Assembly: GCF_006345805.1 (NCBI RefSeq) | Contig: NC_042999.1 | Coordinates: forward strand, 79,794,001 to 79,858,000 | From: Octopus sinensis | Lineage: Eukaryota | DNA length: 64,000 nucleotides | Direction of reading: 5' to 3' | Shown: one piece after another, positions 27,881 to 40,714 of the stretch | Numbering within the stretch: position 1 is the stretch's first letter | Layout of the letters: each line of letters opens with the position of its first letter | Made by a program: the position numbers and the translations under genes | Notes under the pieces: model-generated | Database searches by the model: none | What the model was told of the DNA's origin: nothing | What the model saw: only the letters and a program-made list of their open reading frames with translations

Positions 27881-29630
27881 AGAAATGGATGTGGCTGTAA
27901 TGGAATGCTACCTTCTGGGCAATCCGAAAAATAAGAATGAAGTACCCGCTAGGGGATATGGGAAAAGAATGCACAGAGCATGAAGCGACAAAGGCCTATT
28001 TGAATTAAGTGAACAAAATCTGTGTGAACAAGCTAGAGCCATCAGAAAGAATGAATGGTTATCTACAGTTGAACTGGAAAGCTTGGGGAGAGAAAGACCA
28101 GCGGTGAACGGAAGGATGAGGAAGATAATTATGGTAGTAGAGTTGAAGGAAAAAAACCAGCATAAAGCTGAGATTATTGATCAGGAAAGCGATGAGAGAA
28201 CCGAGGAACATATATCTATTTTAAATAAAATAATTGATATTTGGACACCTGGTAAACAGAGCTTTTGTACGGGGTTTAAAGAAGTAGACAAAAAGAAACT
28301 CAATGAATGGGTCAGGAGGATAAATGATATCACTGGTGATATCAGAACTGGCAACGTCACGACACATACAATCTGATAAATGCAATCTCGATCTTTTTAG
28401 CCCGGAAATAATCATGGTGGAAAAGGAGAATAACGCAGTTTATTAACGAGACCAGGAAACATATTAATATTCTGGAACGAAAAAAAAGAAAAAAAGAAAT
28501 GAAGCTCAGCGAGCGAAATATGTTGAGCTAGAGAGGTAGTATATGGTGAAGGAATCAATGTTGTTATTGAGGAATTAAAACAGAATTGAGTAATACAGAT
28601 TAAACAGATTTTCCGAACAAAATCAGAAACCAGTCTATCAGGAACTGGATGGGAAAGAATGAGATGAAAAAACCATGCTGGATGCTGAAGAAAGCAAAGG
28701 ATTCTGGGCAAACATATGGTCTCAGGAGAAACAACACGAAACTGAAGCAGAGTGGTTAAAGACACCCAAAGAGGAGAGTGGAGAGTATCAGCAGGAGGAT
28801 TTGAGAATAACCGAGGAGATTATCAGAGAACTGTGCAGGATAATTCCTAACTGGAAAGCGCCAGCTCTGCACAAGATAATAGCAAGACAGCTGGACGAAA
28901 TACTGAGCAGTGATATCCAAGTACCGGTCTGGATGACAAAAGAAGAAGGAAATACGGTTGGAAATTTCCGACCAATATCTTGATTGCCACTGATGTGGAA
29001 ACTGATGAGAGCCATCATATCAAATAGCATCTGTAAGTACCTAGATGAGAACGACCTACTCCCAGTATAACAAAAGGGGTATGGACGGAAGGGCAGAGGA
29101 ACGAAGGATCAATTGCTAATCGATAAGACTATCCTGGTTGACTGCAAGAAGAGACACAAATTTAGCGATGACATGGGTGGACTACAGGAAAGCATATGAC
29201 ATGGTCCCACACTCATGGATTAATACAAAACTCAATGACAACGTAGCTAACTGAACTCACAGCAAGGGGAGATAAGCTGGGAGAGGTAAACATCAAAAGA
29301 GGTACCTTTCAAGGGGTCAGTCTGTCATCTCTCCTATTTGTTGTCTGCATACTGTCACTAACCAGCGTTTTAAGAAAGATGCGTGTGAAGTAGGTACTAG
29401 GCAGGGTGAAGGTAAACAATCTGTGGTTTATGGATGACCTAAAGCGATTTGCTAAGACTGAGAAAGAATTTGAGAGTTTGATGGCAACTGTACAGATGAT
29501 TAGCAAACATATCGGCATGGAATTTGGGATCGAGAAATGTCGTGTAAAGATTCTCAAAAGGGGTAAAATCAGTAAAAGCCATGGGATTAACCTGGAAAGT
29601 GGCGAAACTCGTAAACCCGGGGTCTCGTAA
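27880..29630 (+). pseudogene. Dong/R4-clade LINE, N-terminal region + RT, internally deleted and frameshifted
   Basis: [104 protein letters not shown]. Confidence 0.9.
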
Positions 29631-30588
29631 GGCGGGTCCTCGTGAAGTGATGTATTACTGTAAGAGTATTTTGCACTATCTCAACAATCAAATTGCTTCA
29701 TTAAAGTGTACAATTCCATCAGAAAATTTTCAAAATCACAGTGGAATTACCACAGGCAGTACAAATTTATAGTGTTATAATAGAATTAGTTCGTACGAAG
29801 GGTAGATTATCAGATTAAAGGATTTATACATCTTAACTATGTCTACGTTTTACGCCCAAATAATGCTGCGATCATTTCTACGTTTCATGTTTCTGGAGTC
29901 CTGATGTGGATTAGATAATATAGCTTGTCATCTGTGCTGTGGAAGATTTAATGAATTATATAGGTCAATTACCTATAAATATTTCTATTATTATAGAAAT
30001 TTTTGATGTAGTTGTGGTTGTTGTTGTTGTTATTCAGCTGGAGGTTCATTCTGATTCACATTCCGGACCCATACACTGCCATATGTGCTCCATCTGCGAA
30101 AAAGCAAATACATATAAAAAGCCTGCAAAAACCAAAAAAGAAAAAAAAAACATTTCTAAGCGCAGAGAAGAAAAAACATAAAAACGACGCAGGTCCACAG
30201 CTACATTCACACAAGCACTCGTATACAACACAGATTTATACAAACAATGACATCTAATCCACTTTGAAATGTACGTAGTATTTTTACATACATATACTTA
30301 TACATAAACTCACCTAGACAAGATTCAACACGAATATGCCATCTAAATAATGTTGAGTATTTTTTATTCATTTGGTTCTGTTGTTTTGCTTCTTGTACTA
30401 AGATGCTTTTGAACTTATTAACTTACATAGCTGTAGTTCCTGGGCCGCTATATTCGAATTCCCCTAATACACTTAAATCATATATACACACGTGCATGGT
30501 ATACAAACATACACACATACATATATACATGCATAAACGCACATTTATACATACATACATACTTACGTACATTTGTATATGTATGCAG

Positions 30589-30682
<94 letters not shown>

Positions 30683-30894
30683 TGTATTTGTGTGTATATA
30701 TATATATACATGAAAGAATGTAAGCATGTACATGTTTATATATGTATGTGCATGTGTGTTACAATACACCCAGAAACAATGCGAGGTGTACATAAAAATA
30801 TAAATGTATAAATACTATGAGAGAGTAAACGAGAGAAATAATTGAGAAATAGAGCAGCAGACACACACACACACACACACACACACGCATATAT

Positions 30895-30944
<50 letters not shown>

Positions 30945-31014
30945 CACACATACATACGTGTCTGTGATAAATACTGAAAATGGAATATACGAGAAACTTT
31001 ATTGTTCACCATTT

Positions 31015-31017
31015 CTA

Positions 31018-31068
<51 letters not shown>

Positions 31069-31099
31069 TATCTATCTATCTTCTATCTATCTATCTATC

Positions 31100-31175
<76 letters not shown>

Positions 31176-31205
31176 AGTCTGTCTGTCTAACTACCTATAT
31201 CTATA
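31015..31205. repeat. (TCTA)n microsatellite
   Basis: Visible directly. Confidence 0.95.
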
Positions 31206-31449
31206 ACTATGTATATATATTTGTATAATAAACTATTTACATGTCAATAGACATTTACAAATCAATAGACGTACAAGGTTAGCTCCTCACATACAAAATG
31301 ATTTTCCTTACATATACAATGTATGGAAGACTGACACTAAATAAAGCTCGATTGGTATGATCATTAAATAATAAATAAATTTAATAAATATACGTTGTAT
31401 GTTATCAATTAAGGCAGTAGATCTAAGTTTCGTGAATTTACCACCCTTA

Positions 31450-31568
31450 AAGCGATATGAATAAGCATTGTCTGTTAAGGTTCTCACCATATCTTCATGG
31501 ATTTCTGATGGAGTCATGCCTTTCAAATGAAGGTACTTTTTGACAGCACACTACTCAGTTTTCTCCAT
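31450..31568 (-). pseudogene. Mariner transposase N-terminal HTH remnant
   Basis: MEKTE*CAVKKYLHLKGMTPSEIHEDMVRTLTDNAYSY matches mariner MEKxExRAVIKFLxLKG..EIH..APSY. Confidence 0.8.
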
Positions 31569-31716
31569 TTTCCTCAACACTTGTTTATTCAAAAATCTGT
31601 AAAAAATACAATTAAAATATCAGAATCACGAAAATGAGCAAGAATACTCTGAAAAGACTGTACTTACCAGAGAATATATATACATATATTTATGTATGTA
31701 TGTATATATGCATATA

Positions 31717-31789
<73 letters not shown>

Positions 31790-31792
<3 letters not shown>

Positions 31793-31960
31793 GGGAGAGT
31801 TTACGAAAAAAAAAAAAAAGACGGAGAAAGGTGGTGTACAAAACAAACAGATGTATTAGTACAACGCTCAGGAATAGAAAAAGTCTTTTACGTTTCAAGC
31901 CTACGCTCTTCTACAGAAAGGGACACAGAAAAAAAAACAAGGAGAGGAACAAGGAAATAT
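31790..31960 (-). mobile_element. PLE pLTR fragment with atypical hammerhead-like motif
   Basis: Minus 31885-31920 reads cttt CTGTAGAA gagc-gtag-gctt GAAA cg TA aaag. Flanked by (TA)n. Confidence 0.65.
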
Positions 31961-33235
31961 GTATACATATATATATATATATATAAACATATTCATATGT
32001 ATGTATACATATCCACATACATACACATATATAGAAGCATATATTTACATGCATACATTTGCGTTTCGATGTGGAAGCGAAAAAAAAGAAGAAAAAACAG
32101 GTCATAATATATAAACTAGATTTTGAGCTATTCATTAACAACGAGCTATTCGCTCATTCGCTAATCATACTTTCTGATAGGAGGCTTCGAGTGACAAAAT
32201 GGCGAATCGACTTCCTGTTTCATGTGTATATATATATACACATATACGCATGTGTTTAAGTGCCTGTATATATAAACACATATACATATACTTATATATG
32301 TGTGTGTGTGCTTGTATATGTATGTATGTATATATTCATGTATTTATGTATGTACACATTCATATTAAGAGAAGGGTGTGGAGACGTGTGATTCATGGCT
32401 AAGGCAGACGAACAGGGCAAAAAAAAAGTGATACTAAGAATGTCAGGAAATCACAATACTGTTCAGTGTCATTGTTTGTTTTTGCTTTTCTATTCTACAG
32501 CTTTCAGCCGTTACAACATATACTAGAAAAACATCAACAAAAACACAAACAACAACAGACGCAAAACCAACGACAACAGCACCACCACCACCACCACCAA
32601 TAATAATAAGGAAAACAGACAAAACTGAGGTTTCTCATTAATTTCTTCAGTGATTCCATTGGATGGTGTGGAGGTCGTAGTTTGTATACCGATACCTTAG
32701 CTTCCTCTTTCTCTCCCTCCCTCGTTGTCTCTTCCTCCCTTTCTCTCACGCCATAGTAAACACTCGCAAAGATATACTAATTCATAGATACAGACAGATA
32801 TACAAAGAACCTGATATATGAAATTTATAACTAGTCAGAAATATTATCAAAGGAAAGTAAAGTGGATTTTTAAAGATCTCAAATGTGTATACTACAGATT
32901 TTTCACACCAACTTCTTATTCTTCAACACCTATTAAAATACGTTCTAATTATTTTCCCCTGTGTTTTTCAGTTTATTTGTTTATTGTAATAGTCTTTTTT
33001 TCAATAATTGCCATTTATATTTGTTTGTGTTGTTATTCTGTTTATCTTTTATTGATAAGAAAATTAGTCTTGTTATGTTTTTAGATGGAAATTAAAGGTA
33101 AAAGTCGTTGTTTCAGTAAACTGACCCACCTTTCCAGAACTTATATACGGACCACGGTCACGTTTTCACGCTCGCATACTCTAACCATCCACACACTTAT
33201 ACACACACAAATATATGTATGAATATATTTGACAG

Positions 33236-33275
<40 letters not shown>

Positions 33276-34023
33276 TGTGTGTTTGTTGTGTTTGTGTGTG
33301 CGCGTATGTTGCTTATGGATTCGAAAACTCTGTTGCAGATTTTGACGTTTGAGGTATCAAAAGATTCAGTAATCTCTAAGCGTCCAAATAAAGTATGTCT
33401 TTTGCTCGACTCTTTTTTACTATAAAAATTAAACTCGAAAATGAGGTCGGGTCGCACAATTTTGAGGTCTTTAGATAAGGGAGACAACTCTGACCGAACA
33501 ATCTCTATGAGAAAATATTTAATATACATGGAGTTTTACCAGGGAATGAAACTTCAATGATATTGCATCAAATTTATCAGTATTATTTTGGAGATAATCA
33601 TTTTATATGAAGTATGTTTGTGTTTTGTTTAGCCCAGAGTTGCCCTGATGTAACAGACTTATCACATAGCTTTTCGTTTTACTTCCTGAAATACTGTAAA
33701 ATCTCTGTCTTTCTTTTCATGAAAGGGTATGTTTAAGAAATATTTGGCTGCTATTTGTAGTAGCTCAATTTACCACAGAGACACCTCTCTGTATGTGTAT
33801 GTTTTCTTGTGATGAAAATCATTTTGCACAATATTTTTCTAAAACATCTGGGGATCCTTTCTGCTGCTAACCATTTAACTTCAAATTACAATTATCAATT
33901 GTTCGAAGTGATGTACACCGAGATGTACATATAGTGTCATCGTCTAGAGTTTAACTTCAATACGAAGTAATCCATTACTTTAAATTTCAAGTTAAGTCTT
34001 TCAACATTATTTCACTAGGCGAG

Positions 34024-34058
<35 letters not shown>

Positions 34059-34349
34059 TATATATTATATATATACATATATATATATATATACTAGGTG
34101 TGATCAATAAGTATCCGGATTGTTGCCAAATCTTTGAAAATGATTAACCATTATGGCGACAGTCAAGAAACTGTCGCCTTGATGGGGTATCGCCTTCTAA
34201 AATTTAATTGATCATTCTTGACCTCAGTATGCATTCCAATCTGGCATTTATTTCATGAATCTCTACTTGACTAACTGCTAACTTTGATTCATAGTGGGAC
34301 ACAGTAATCTATTTATCAAGAAATGTAAACACACACACGCACAAATATT

Positions 34350-34500
34350 AGGTGCAAGAATGATTGTGTGGTTGAGAAGTTTGCTTCCGACTACATGGTT
34401 CCACGTTCAGTCCCTCTGCATGGTACCTTGGGCATGTGTTTTCTACTATAGCTCTAGGCCAACCACAGACTTATGACTGAATTTGGTAGACGGAAACTGC
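34350..34500 (+). mobile_element. SINE family D 5' fragment
   Basis: taggtgcaagaatgattgtgtggttgag..ttcagtccc..ccttgggca..ggtagacggaaactg. Confidence 0.75.
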
Positions 34501-34661
34501 AATGTTTGTTAATCAGAAAACGAGAGAAAATCATAGTTATAAAGAAGACCAGTTTGCTTCATACTCCTCGTGTGCCGATTCTGCCTTTAAGAGAGGAACA
34601 AATAATCAAATAACAGAATGCGGGTGGTAGCCATAACACCTGGGCAACACTGGGATGCATG

Positions 34662-34703
<42 letters not shown>

Positions 34704-34794
34704 GATTATTAGGCATATACATATGAGCATACATATACAGGTATAGGTATATGCCTCTATATAAACATACATATATATATATATATATTTTTTT

Positions 34795-35272
34795 TTTATT
34801 TATTTTATGTAATTTCAGCTCAAGAGCTGTGGCCATGCTGGGGCACCGTCATTTGCTGTTGCTATATGATTTTACTTCACGAATGCTTTTTAGCAATTGC
34901 TATTTGGTGCATGACAGAGTTCGATGCAGCTGCCCTCATCTGCACCTCCTGCCGTGAAGTTTGGTTCATCTGGGATACCTGACAGGAAGAGATCCAGTTT
35001 TATTTTAAACAAATCTGCATCCACCCCATGCAGGTCTCTCAGGTCTTTCGGGAGGATATTGAAGAGCTGTGGGCCTCTGAAGCCCAGGCTATCACAGTAT
35101 CTTGTCCTACATCTTGATGGCAAATTTGAAGTCCTTGGCACTATGCAGTGGCGCCAAGTTCTAGCATTTGTGTAACTCTCGATGCCAAAGTTTGGGACAA
35201 GTCCTTCTAGGATCTTCCAGATGTATAGTATGGCATATCTTTCTCGCCTAATCTCTAAGGAATAGAGCGTAT
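34795..35272 (-). mobile_element. CR1-group LINE 3' end (ORF2 C-terminus + 3' UTR)
   Basis: RRERYAILYIWKILEGLVPNFGI..RTWRHCIVP..SLGFRGPQLFNILPKDLRDL..FKIKLDLFLSGIPDEP. 3' UTR stem-loop and A-rich tail. Confidence 0.85.
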
Positions 35273-35310
35273 TGAATATATATACATTTATATATATATA
35301 TATATATAAG

Positions 35311-35354
<44 letters not shown>

Positions 35355-35481
35355 AATGTATGTATATATAATACTATATATATATATGTATGTATATATA
35401 TACATATATATATATATATATAAATAACATATATATATATATGTATATATATATGCATACATACATATATACATATACATA

Positions 35482-35811
35482 CAGGGTAAAGACCCCCTTC
35501 GGTCATGAATGACCATGGGATTGCACCTAGAAAGTTACCCTTTCCGGGCAAGGTTGTTTATGGAAGACCAGCAGTCGCCCATGCATACCAGCCTCCCCTC
35601 TCGACGCCACCAGTGTTATCCAAGGGAAAGTCAAAGGTCGATACAGCTCGGCACCTGTGACGTCGCAACTCATTTCTACAGCTGAGTGAACTGGAGCAAC
35701 GTGAAAATAAAGTGCTTTGCTCAAGAACACAACGCGCAGCCCGGACTGGGATTCGAGCTCACAACCTCATGATCGTAAGCTCGACGCTCTAACCACTGAG
35801 CCATGCGCCTA
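35482..35811 (-). mobile_element. SINE family C head/core with an alternative 3' tail
   Basis: ggcgcatggctcagtggttagagcgtcg..gagctcgaatccc..ttcttgagcaaagcac..cactcagctgtagaaatgagt. Confidence 0.85.
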
Positions 35812-35998
35812 TACATACAAGTGTGTATGTATATATCAATAAATATTCATATATTCATATGTATAAGCATATGAGCATATATGAAACACATTTCTTGTAC
35901 ATATTATGTGTGTGTGTTTGTGTGCGTGTGTATGTATTTATGTTTGTCTGTATGCGTGTATGTCTTTCTGTATGTATGTATGTCTTTTTGTATATATG

Positions 35999-36032
<34 letters not shown>

Positions 36033-36334
36033 TGTACATATGTATGTATGCATGTATGTATATATGTATGTATGTAGGAATACATGTCATTAGCGAAATA
36101 TGCACGTCTAAGTTCAACCAGTTAATTAATGCCATGCAGATGGTTCGTTTCATTTACCGGTTTACGTTCCTCATAAACTTCAACGAATTTTCTCCATACC
36201 ATATTACTTTCATAAAGTTTATATTGCTGTTGGTGTAGGCTTTCTTATTTTTCTATCTATTGTCTTCTTTGTCTCTCTCTCTCCCTCTCAACTCATTCCT
36301 TCACTATTTGTTTTTTTACATACATACATACATA

Positions 36335-36389
<55 letters not shown>

Positions 36390-36479
36390 CACACGCACGC
36401 ACACGCACACACAAATATATATATACACATACATACATACTACAGACATATATATATATATATATATAAACTTCTTTCA

Positions 36480-36740
36480 TTTTCATTCTTTATTCTTGTA
36501 CTTGTTTCAGTCATTTGACTGCGGCCATGTTGGAGCACCACCTTTAGTCAAACAAATCGACCCGAGGACTTATTCTTTGTTAGCCTAGTACATATTCTAT
36601 CGACTTACTTTTCCGAACCGCTTGGTTACAGAGACATAAGCACACCAACATCGGTTGTCATGCGATTGTGTGGGGATCAAACACAGACACTGACACACAA
36701 ATAATACATACATACGTACATACCACACACACAACACACA

Positions 36741-36799
<59 letters not shown>

Positions 36800-36940
36800 C
36801 ACGTACATACGACGAGCTTCTTTCAGTTTCTGTCTACCAAATCTACTCACAAGGATCTGATCAGCCGGAGGCCATTGCCTAAGGCGCTACGCAGTGGAAC
36901 GGAACCCGAGACCATATGGTTGGGAAGCAAGTGTCTTACC
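36480..36940 (-). mobile_element. SINE family D
   Basis: Same head and tail as 21945 and 46946. Confidence 0.85.
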
Positions 36941-36979
36941 TTGTGTGTGTATATGTGTGTGTGTGCGTATGTGTGAGAG

Positions 36980-37142
36980 AGAAGACAGGTGGTGTAGAAA
37001 ACAAACAGATGTATTAGTATAACACTCAGGAATTGAAAAAGTCCTTTACGTTTCGAGCCTACGCTCTTCTACAGAAAGGAACACAGACAGAAACTAGGAG
37101 AGAAAAATATGTTTGTAGTGGCTACCGATCTATCATGGTAAC
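36980..37142 (-). mobile_element. PLE pLTR fragment with atypical hammerhead-like motif
   Basis: Minus 37043-37078 reads cttt CTGTAGAA gagc-gtag-gctc GAAA cg TA aagg. Confidence 0.7.
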
Positions 37143-37180
<38 letters not shown>

Positions 37181-37212
37181 TTTATTTAAAGCAGCAGAAA
37201 ATTCAACAAAAT

Positions 37213-37250
37213 CTGTTACTCTGAGTTTCTCGTTGCCGTTCATCAGACAG
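37213..37250 (-). ncRNA. Minimal type I hammerhead ribozyme
   Basis: ctgt CTGATGA a-cg-gcaa-cg-a GAAA ctc-a-gag TA acag. Stem I ctgt/acag, GUA cleavage triplet. Confidence 0.8.
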
Positions 37251-38293
37251 TTTTTGCTAGAATGGAACCGATATATCAATTCAATCTATACTCTTACAAA
37301 CGCTACACCTTTAAAAAGAAATGGACTTGTTTGATTAGCCCTTTAGAAAAAACGGTTAATCTTCGAGCGATAAACAAAAAGGTCAAAAATATATGTATAT
37401 ATATATAAAAACTTATAAAAATTATAAAATCCGAGGAAAAAACTTACATTGAATAAAATACATATTGACGTTAATGAAGAAAGTGCAAATTAATGCATAG
37501 AAATTAAACCTGTTATAAATATTACACTGCAATACATATTTATATTAAAATCTACATTTATATATCAACATACACAAAATTATGCGCGCAAACGCCATAC
37601 ATATACAGACGTATGAATATAAATCTAAATATACACATAAAAGCATGTGTACATATATTCACGCAAACCATCTCGCACGCAAGTTAAAATTGATCTATGT
37701 AGCGATTCTCATATACTGAGTAAGGGGGGGGAACGAAAGAAAGGTAGAGAGAGAAAAAGGAACGAAGGTGGTGTGGGGAAAAAATTACGTATACAAGCAG
37801 TGTAACGGCATTATTGGCATATATGGAGACAAGTATACATACACAAGTTTGAATGGATACATATACATACAGTCGTGTATATGTGTACTTAAGCACAAAC
37901 ATACTTTCACTTACACATACACAGATACGCATGCTTACAAATACATATGCTTTGCTATACACATACTTATATCAACCTTCTAATTTTGACAACATTGCTT
38001 TTTTTTAAAAAAAACATTGCTTTTTTTAAAAAAATGGGTGCATTAATAAAAATATATACGAAAGACATATAAAATAAAATATAACATCCTATTTTGGGTC
38101 ATTTATAAATAATCAAGGTAATCCTATACAATACAATAACATGAAAACAAAGTTGGAGGTTTTTCCTAATATATATGTAGAAACATAAGACTTTGCTATA
38201 CGGATTAAGATCCGCATAGCTTGGAAACAAAATCCATCGTAGCGCTCATCGTTCAAGAGTCAAAATCAAAATCAAAAATACAAAATATATACT

Positions 38294-38888
38294 CTATCCA
38301 TATAGTATATTTATATTCGACATTTTAAATTTAGCCGCGTGCCTACATAAGTTCATTAGCTCACTTCTTTGATTCAAAGAATTATTGTCTTTGAATAAGA
38401 TGTACATTTTTTCTAATAGACAAAGCTTGCACTTGAAATTATTTTTGTATGTTCCATGCCTGTATGGTGCCGCCCTGTCCAGAATGCTCCATGTCACGTT
38501 GAAAGGTGGGGCTTCCTTTTCTTTTAGTTCCCAGACATATTTTGCTAGGCTGGTTTTCTTCCTATTCTCTGGGTATTTAAATGAATTTTTATGAGAATAA
38601 AATCTTGTTTCAAATGAATTTTCTGAAGCCCCTGTGTATGTCTTGTATTCCGATGAGCCTTCCACTTGCACCTTGGCTATATAAACTACTCCTTTCACCA
38701 GACATTTCCCTTCTAACGGACAGGAGCTTTCGTTTTTGAAATTACATTTCTTAATGGGCTCGGCACATGTCTAATCTCAATTAGCTTGCTATTATGTTGG
38801 CTAATGTAAGAGGCGAAATTTCTGCAACAAGAATAGCTAACCTTCAGGGTTCTTCTGTTAAATATCCTATAGAATTTATGACCCTGCT
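38294..38888 (-). pseudogene. PLE linker + GIY-YIG endonuclease (one frameshift near 38765)
   Basis: GHKFYRIFNRRTLKVSYSC / CNFKNESSCPLEGKCLVKGVVY..TYTG..FETRFYSHKNSF..TSLAKYVW..WSIL..CKLCLLEK..LNQRSEL..CRH. Confidence 0.92.
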
Positions 38889-39649
38889 TGTTGTCAAAAT
38901 TAGAAGGTTGATATAAGTATGTGTATAGCAAAGCATATGTATTTGTAAGCATGCGTATCTGTGTATGTGTAAGTGAAAGTATGTTTGTACTTAAGCACAC
39001 ATATACACGACTGTATGTATATGTATCCATTCAAACTTGTGTATGTATACTTGTCTCCATATATGCCAATAATGCCGTTACACTGCTTGTATACATAATT
39101 TTTTCTTATTTCGTTTTTTTCCCAACACCTCCTTCGTTCCTTTTTCTCTCTCTACCTTTCTTTCGTCCCCCCCTTACTCAGTATATGAGAATCGCTACAT
39201 AGATCAATTTTAACTTGCGTGCGAGATGGTTTGCGTGAATATATGTACACATGCTTTTATGTGTATATTTATATTTATATTCATACGTCTGTATATGTAT
39301 GGCGTTTGCGCGCATAATTTTGTGTATGTTGATATATATATGTAGATTTTAATATAAATATGTATTGCAGTGTAATATTTATAACAGGTTTAATTTCTAT
39401 GCATTAATTTGCACTTTCTTCATTAACGTCAATATGTATTTTATTCAATGTAAGGTTTTTTCCTCGGATTTTATAATTTTTATAAGTTTTTTTATATATA
39501 TATACATATATTTTTGACCTTTTTGTTTATCGCTCGAAGATTGACCGTTTTTTCTAAAGGGCCAATCAAACAAGTCCATTTCTTTTTAAAGGTGTAGCGT
39601 TTGTAAGAGTATAGATTGAATTGATATATCGGTTCCATTCTAGCAAAAA

Positions 39650-39687
39650 CTATCTGATGAACGGCAACGAGAAACTCAGAGTAACAG
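39650..39687 (+). ncRNA. Minimal type I hammerhead ribozyme (stem I mismatch)
   Basis: ctat CTGATGA acggcaacga GAAA ctcagag TA acag. Inverted twin of 37213-37250. Confidence 0.7.
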
Positions 39688-39819
39688 ATTTTGTTGAATT
39701 TTCTGCTGCTTTAAATAAAGCATATTACTCTACCACTGGTATTTAAGTACTTTTTTTCCACCTTGTTTCACATTTATGTGTTTTCTCCGGTATATATATA
39801 TATAATATATATAATATAT

Positions 39820-39851
<32 letters not shown>

Positions 39852-39879
39852 CATACGTATATATATATATATATACATA

Positions 39880-40165
39880 CGACGGCATGTTTCATACATC
39901 TATATGTTTGTATGTATATGCTGGTCTGTCTGTGAGTTTGTGATTTTGCGTTTGTCATCACTTGACAACCGGTATTAATGCGTTTCCGTGTTCGTAACTT
40001 AGCGGTCCGGCAAAGAGATCACAGAATAAGTGCTAAAACTTAGAAAAAAGTCCTGGGGTTGATTGCTTCAACTAAAAAAGAAACTCTTAAGGCGGTGTTC
40101 CATCATGGCGGCAGTTTTTCAAATAAAAGAATAAAGATGGAAACTGTAATGAAGCCCGTCGTATA
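39880..40165 (+). mobile_element. SINE family D 3' part
   Basis: cttgacaaccgg..aacttagcggtccggcaaagag..ggcggtgttccatcatggc. Confidence 0.7.
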
Positions 40166-40167
40166 CA

Positions 40168-40323
<156 letters not shown>

Positions 40324-40356
40324 GATATATATATATATATATTATATATATATATG

Positions 40357-40477
40357 CCTGAGTAAACACATAAATGTGAAACAAGGTGGAAAAAGAATAC
40401 TCAAATCTGTCCGACGAACGGGAACGGGAAACTCCCAGTAACAGCTTTTGTTAAATTTCTGCTGCTTTTAAATAAAG

Positions 40478-40478
<1 letters not shown>
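40357..40478 (+). mobile_element. Miniature inverted PLE pLTR insertion with HHR variant
   Basis: Inverted tail (homologous to 39740-39790) joined to ctgt CCGACGA acgggaacgg GAAA ctcccag TA acag (40407-40444). (TA)n on both sides. Confidence 0.75.
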
Positions 40479-40509
<31 letters not shown>

Positions 40510-40529
40510 TATGTATGTATATAAGGATG

Positions 40530-40700
40530 TATGTGTGTGTGTGTCTTTGTGTCTTTGTGTCTGTGCTTGTCCGCCCACAACCTCGCTTAACAACCGATGT
40601 TGGTGTATTTACCTCCTTGCAACGTAGCGGTTCGGCGGAAGAGATCACAAGAATAAGTATCTGGGTTAGAAAGTATAATGATTGAAACAAATAAAAGAAT
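40530..40700 (+). mobile_element. SINE family D 3' part
   Basis: cgcttaacaaccgatgttggtgt..agcggttcggc..gattgaaaca. Confidence 0.7.
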
Positions 40701-40714
40701 ATATATATGTATAT

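Larger units (their letters stand above)
37180..39790 (-). mobile_element. 5'-truncated Naiad-like PLE with inverted pseudo-LTRs
   Basis: Near-identical inverted arms at 37180-37994 and 38889-39720 enclose the GIY-YIG ORF. An extra tail at 39721-39790 is on one arm only. (TA)n on both sides. Confidence 0.9.

Noticed and set aside
30060-30230. Host C2H2 zinc-finger exon (CSICEK)
   Set aside because: Incomplete finger, no TGEKP linker or splice support. More likely a decayed RTE 3' Zn-finger.
38294-38888. Selenocysteine recoding, reported for some Naiad PLEs
   Set aside because: No in-frame TGA at Cys positions in this copy. The Cys codons are TGT/TGC, and one linker Cys appears as TTC.
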